Shown piece by piece: positions 61,004 to 64,000 of a stretch of DNA of 64,000 bases; the first letter of the stretch is position 1, and each line of letters opens with the position of its first letter. A program made the translations under genes and the position numbers. Location of the stretch: positions 3,426 through 67,425 of the forward strand of contig NIVC01003963.1 of assembly GCA_002269645.1 (NCBI GenBank), read 5' to 3'. The DNA comes from Macrostomum lignano. Lineage: Eukaryota. The notes beneath the pieces were generated by a model that ran no database searches, had not been told where the DNA came from, and saw only the letters and a list, made by a program, of their open reading frames with translations.

Positions 61004-62888
61004 TCAAGCTAGCCAATCATTGAAATCCGCTCCCAGCTTGAGGTCCGGCACAATCCGTCTCAGGTCTACCAGATTAGTGCGGTACTCCTGTCGCTTGGGC
61101 CCGTTGTAGTCCCAAACTGGTCCGCTCTTGCGCACATCGTGAACGGCAAATACTGGCTGGGACGAGTCCGTGATTGGATTTAAATTCGTCACGTCTGAGC
61201 ACAGGTTAGTGAGATTCTTCACCCGGCGCAGACGGCGCACTTTTGGCTCGGAGCCTGTGGCGATCCTCTTGCAGGCGCTTTCCAAACTGGACGTCCGGAA
61301 TTTCCTGAAATCAGCTGAACTGCTGTTCAGGGTGTTGTTCAAATACGGATAGAAACTGAACGACGGTGGCAGGTAGACGGTTGACATGGAATTGTTAGTC
61401 AGCGGTGTTCGATTTGAGTATTTCTCAATTATTCTTGTGAGTCCGAACGGTCCCGCAAAACCGAGAATGTCGAACTTTGGATCCACCATGGCCAGCTGCT
61501 CAAGTGCAAACCGGAAGAAGCCGTGATTCGGTGCCGACATGAGGAATGCCGGGTTCGCCAGCGGCTTGACTGGCCAGTTCAGGCCGAGAAACGTCAGCGA
61601 GTGCGCCTCCGGCTCTCGAGTCACCACCGCAGGGAAGCGGCGAACTTCGTCCAGACTCTGGACCAGACTGTAGTCCAGGTCGGCGTACGTGCCTCCGAAC
61701 TGTTGAGGTGTTCCAGTGTTGGCTTTTTGTTGCTCAGTTTCTTAAGCAAGAACCAAGTCGCCAGCCCTTGAGACCGTCAGGATATTCAACGATTCTGCCA
61801 GAAGGTCGGATTTCATCAGCACGTCGATCCACGTGTCTGCATCAGCTTTGATTTCGTTGGTTACTGGTCTTCATCTAGACGGAGCTTCTGGACCTTCAAC
61901 AGGTGGCATCAGGTGACTATGGACACCTTGCTGCAAATGTCTCTGATGTCTCTGATCAAGAATCAACAGTGGGCCAGCCTCAACTGCTGCGTATCCTCAA
62001 TCAGTATCTCTGCCTAGTGCCGTAGAAGAAGGCGACGGCGTCGGGATGATGACGGAATGCTTGAGATACAGTTGAGGCTTCCCCACTGTTGATTCTTGAT
62101 CAGAGACACCATGTAGAGACATTCGCTACAGGGTGTTCATAGTCACCTGATGCCACCTGTTGAAGGTCCAGAAGCTCCGTCTAGGTGAAGGCCAGTAACT
62201 AACGAAATCAGAGCTGATGCAGACACATGTGATCGACGTGCTGATTAAATCCAACCTGCTGGCAAAATCGTTGAATAACCTGACGGTCTCAAGGGCTGGC
62301 GAATTGGTTCTTGTTTAACAGCAATTTAGTTGTCGATGATTTTGTGTGGCACAGCAAACAGACACCAACCTTGAGCAGTAGCATGTAGCGAATATAGTCA
62401 ACCCGTTGGATTTGCAGTTTCAAAGATTTGAACTGCTTCAGCACTGCCGGGAAATTCGCGGCCACAAACGGCTCCAGATCCTGGTCGCGCCAGAGCACGT
62501 AGGTCCAGTCAGGGTGAATTCTGTGCCAGGTTCTCAGCTGCTCAGCGAAATACGCCGAAACGGATTCATTGCGCCACAGGATGTGTCGAATCTTCGGTAT
62601 CGGAAATGCGTATCTTCTGTGCAGATGCTCTACGTACTCGCGCCTGCAGATCTGGTTTGTGCAGACAGTTGGCAGCAGAATTCTCGTCGTGAAATTCACA
62701 TTCTGACTCGCCAGCGCAGTCTGGCTGCTATCAACCGTGCTGAACAATGCCGCGATGAGTAGCCTGTCCCTGGCTGGCTTGTCCAGCAGCGCGACCAGCT
62801 GCGCGACAAATGCGTAACCCAGCAGCAGACCGAAGGTGACGGCCGCTACAGAGCGCCACTTGGAGCAGAGTTTTGCACACGGCTGCAT
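61004..62888 (-). CDS. Type II membrane DxD glycosyltransferase, GT32/Gly_transf_sug-like, ~404 aa
   Basis: Exon 62888-62370 (N-terminal TM, IPKIRHILW, WHRIHPDWTYVLW, RVDYIRYMLL) joins in phase 0 to exon 61699-61004 (FGGTYADLDY, GFAGPFGLT). Confidence 0.85.
61742..62318. other. Long intronic inverted repeat (foldback), arms ~258 bp, loop ~60 nt
   Basis: 61742-62000 is the reverse complement of 62061-62318 with scattered substitutions and small indels; TTAA at both outer ends. Confidence 0.95.
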
Positions 62889-63479
62889 GTAGTCTATCTA
62901 GTCTAACTAGTCTCACACAGAAGGACGTTCCCTGTGTCTTTTATATATACACAAATCTATCCAAGCTACAGTAACTGTATGTGACTGGTTTGTCATTATG
63001 GCCGTACGAATCAATTTTCGTTTGGCTTTATAAAAACAGCAACGTGCAAAACTGTTTATTGATTCTTGTTTACATGCATCGAAATTTGTCAACCATAGCT
63101 ATAAACGTCTTTTTCATTGATCCACTCAAGATGTGATTTCTACCATGACAAGATATTGTAGAGAGGAATAAACTATTGCATAAGTTTCCAAAGTAGAAGA
63201 ATAATGGGTACCTAATGTATTATATCCTGACTTTCTAATCCTTTGACTAAGGAATCAGGATTGGACTAATCCTCTAATGACTTTCTAATAGTCGGACGCG
63301 TTGACCGCTGACCCCTGTTATTGAAAATTTATGTAGACAGCTAAAAATAAACTTAATTACAAGCCTTAGTCTGTGTCTTAAATTAACGTGCTCATAATTA
63401 GCTAGATAATTTATTCCAGTTGCGCAACAGAGCTTGCTGCTCAGAGTAAATTAGCTTTAATATTATAGTTTGAGCAAGC

Positions 63480-63770
63480 ATGACAACTGTGACAGCAACA
63501 GGCTGCTCGAATAAGACCAACTGCAGCAGGAGTGCCAGCGCGTTGACTGCCCAACGAGACGGATGTGATGAGCTGTGACGATGGACGACAGCCTGCAGGG
63601 CCTGCTGCTCAGGACGAGGTCGGCTCTGCTGCGACTGCGGGATTGCCAAGGCAATGCTGAAATGATGACGAATGCGGACAGATCGATCTGGAAGCGGCAC
63701 TGGCTGAGGTTAACACCTGGCTGCAAGCTGTCGAACTGCAGCTTGATGCTGATCGCTATGATGATGAGGT
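63480..63770 (+). pseudogene. Possible frameshifted coding exon with helical, spectrin-repeat-like character
   Basis: DDSLQGLLLRTRSALLRL then a 1-nt shift to DECGQIDLEAALAEVNTWLQAVELQLDADRYDDE, ending at the donor GAG|GTGAGC and followed by a GA-rich repeat to the window end. Confidence 0.3.
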
Positions 63771-64000
63771 GAGCTGGAGTTGTCTGGAGGCCGAGCAGAA
63801 GAGAGGGAGGGAGCGGATTAGAGGAAGGAGAGCGGATAAGAGACGGGAGGTAGCGGATAAGGAGAGAGGGAAGCGGATAAGAGAGTGGAGGGAGCGGATT
63901 AAGAGAGGGAGGGAGCGGATAAGAGAGGGGAGGCAGCGATTAGAGAGGGAGCCAGCGGATTAGAGAAGGGAGGCAGCAGATAGAGAGGGAGGGAGCGGAT

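Overview
This is animal (eukaryotic) genomic DNA with GT-AG introns, so most entries in the ORF track are exon fragments or artefacts of tandem repeats. The style (short GC-rich exons, many of the larger introns filled by minisatellites) suggests a repeat-rich invertebrate such as a Macrostomum-type flatworm; that is inference only. I assembled these genes by hand, checking splice phases: two tandem membrane mucins of MUC13/HEG1-like architecture (1-3374, 5'-truncated; 5736-14242, complete, two SEA domains), an AUTS2/FBRSL1/tay-family gene (- strand, 16187-22921), a divergent class A peptide-type GPCR (- strand, 30312-32406), GOPC/PIST (43842-52848), a heat shock factor (55606-57866) and a GT32-type DxD glycosyltransferase (- strand, 61004-62888). 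Mobile DNA includes a 2.7-kb non-autonomous hAT element with 80-bp TIRs and an 8-bp TSD, nested in a MITE; two inverted tRNA-derived SINEs with TSDs; several RTE-type LINE remnants; and an unclassified 1.1-kb insertion. The most notable observations are a ~580-nt foldback filling most of the glycosyltransferase intron, the inverted SINE pair bracketing a candidate exon, the duplicated mucin module, and sharply bounded CpG-free blocks. No CRISPR array, rRNA or intact tRNA gene was found.
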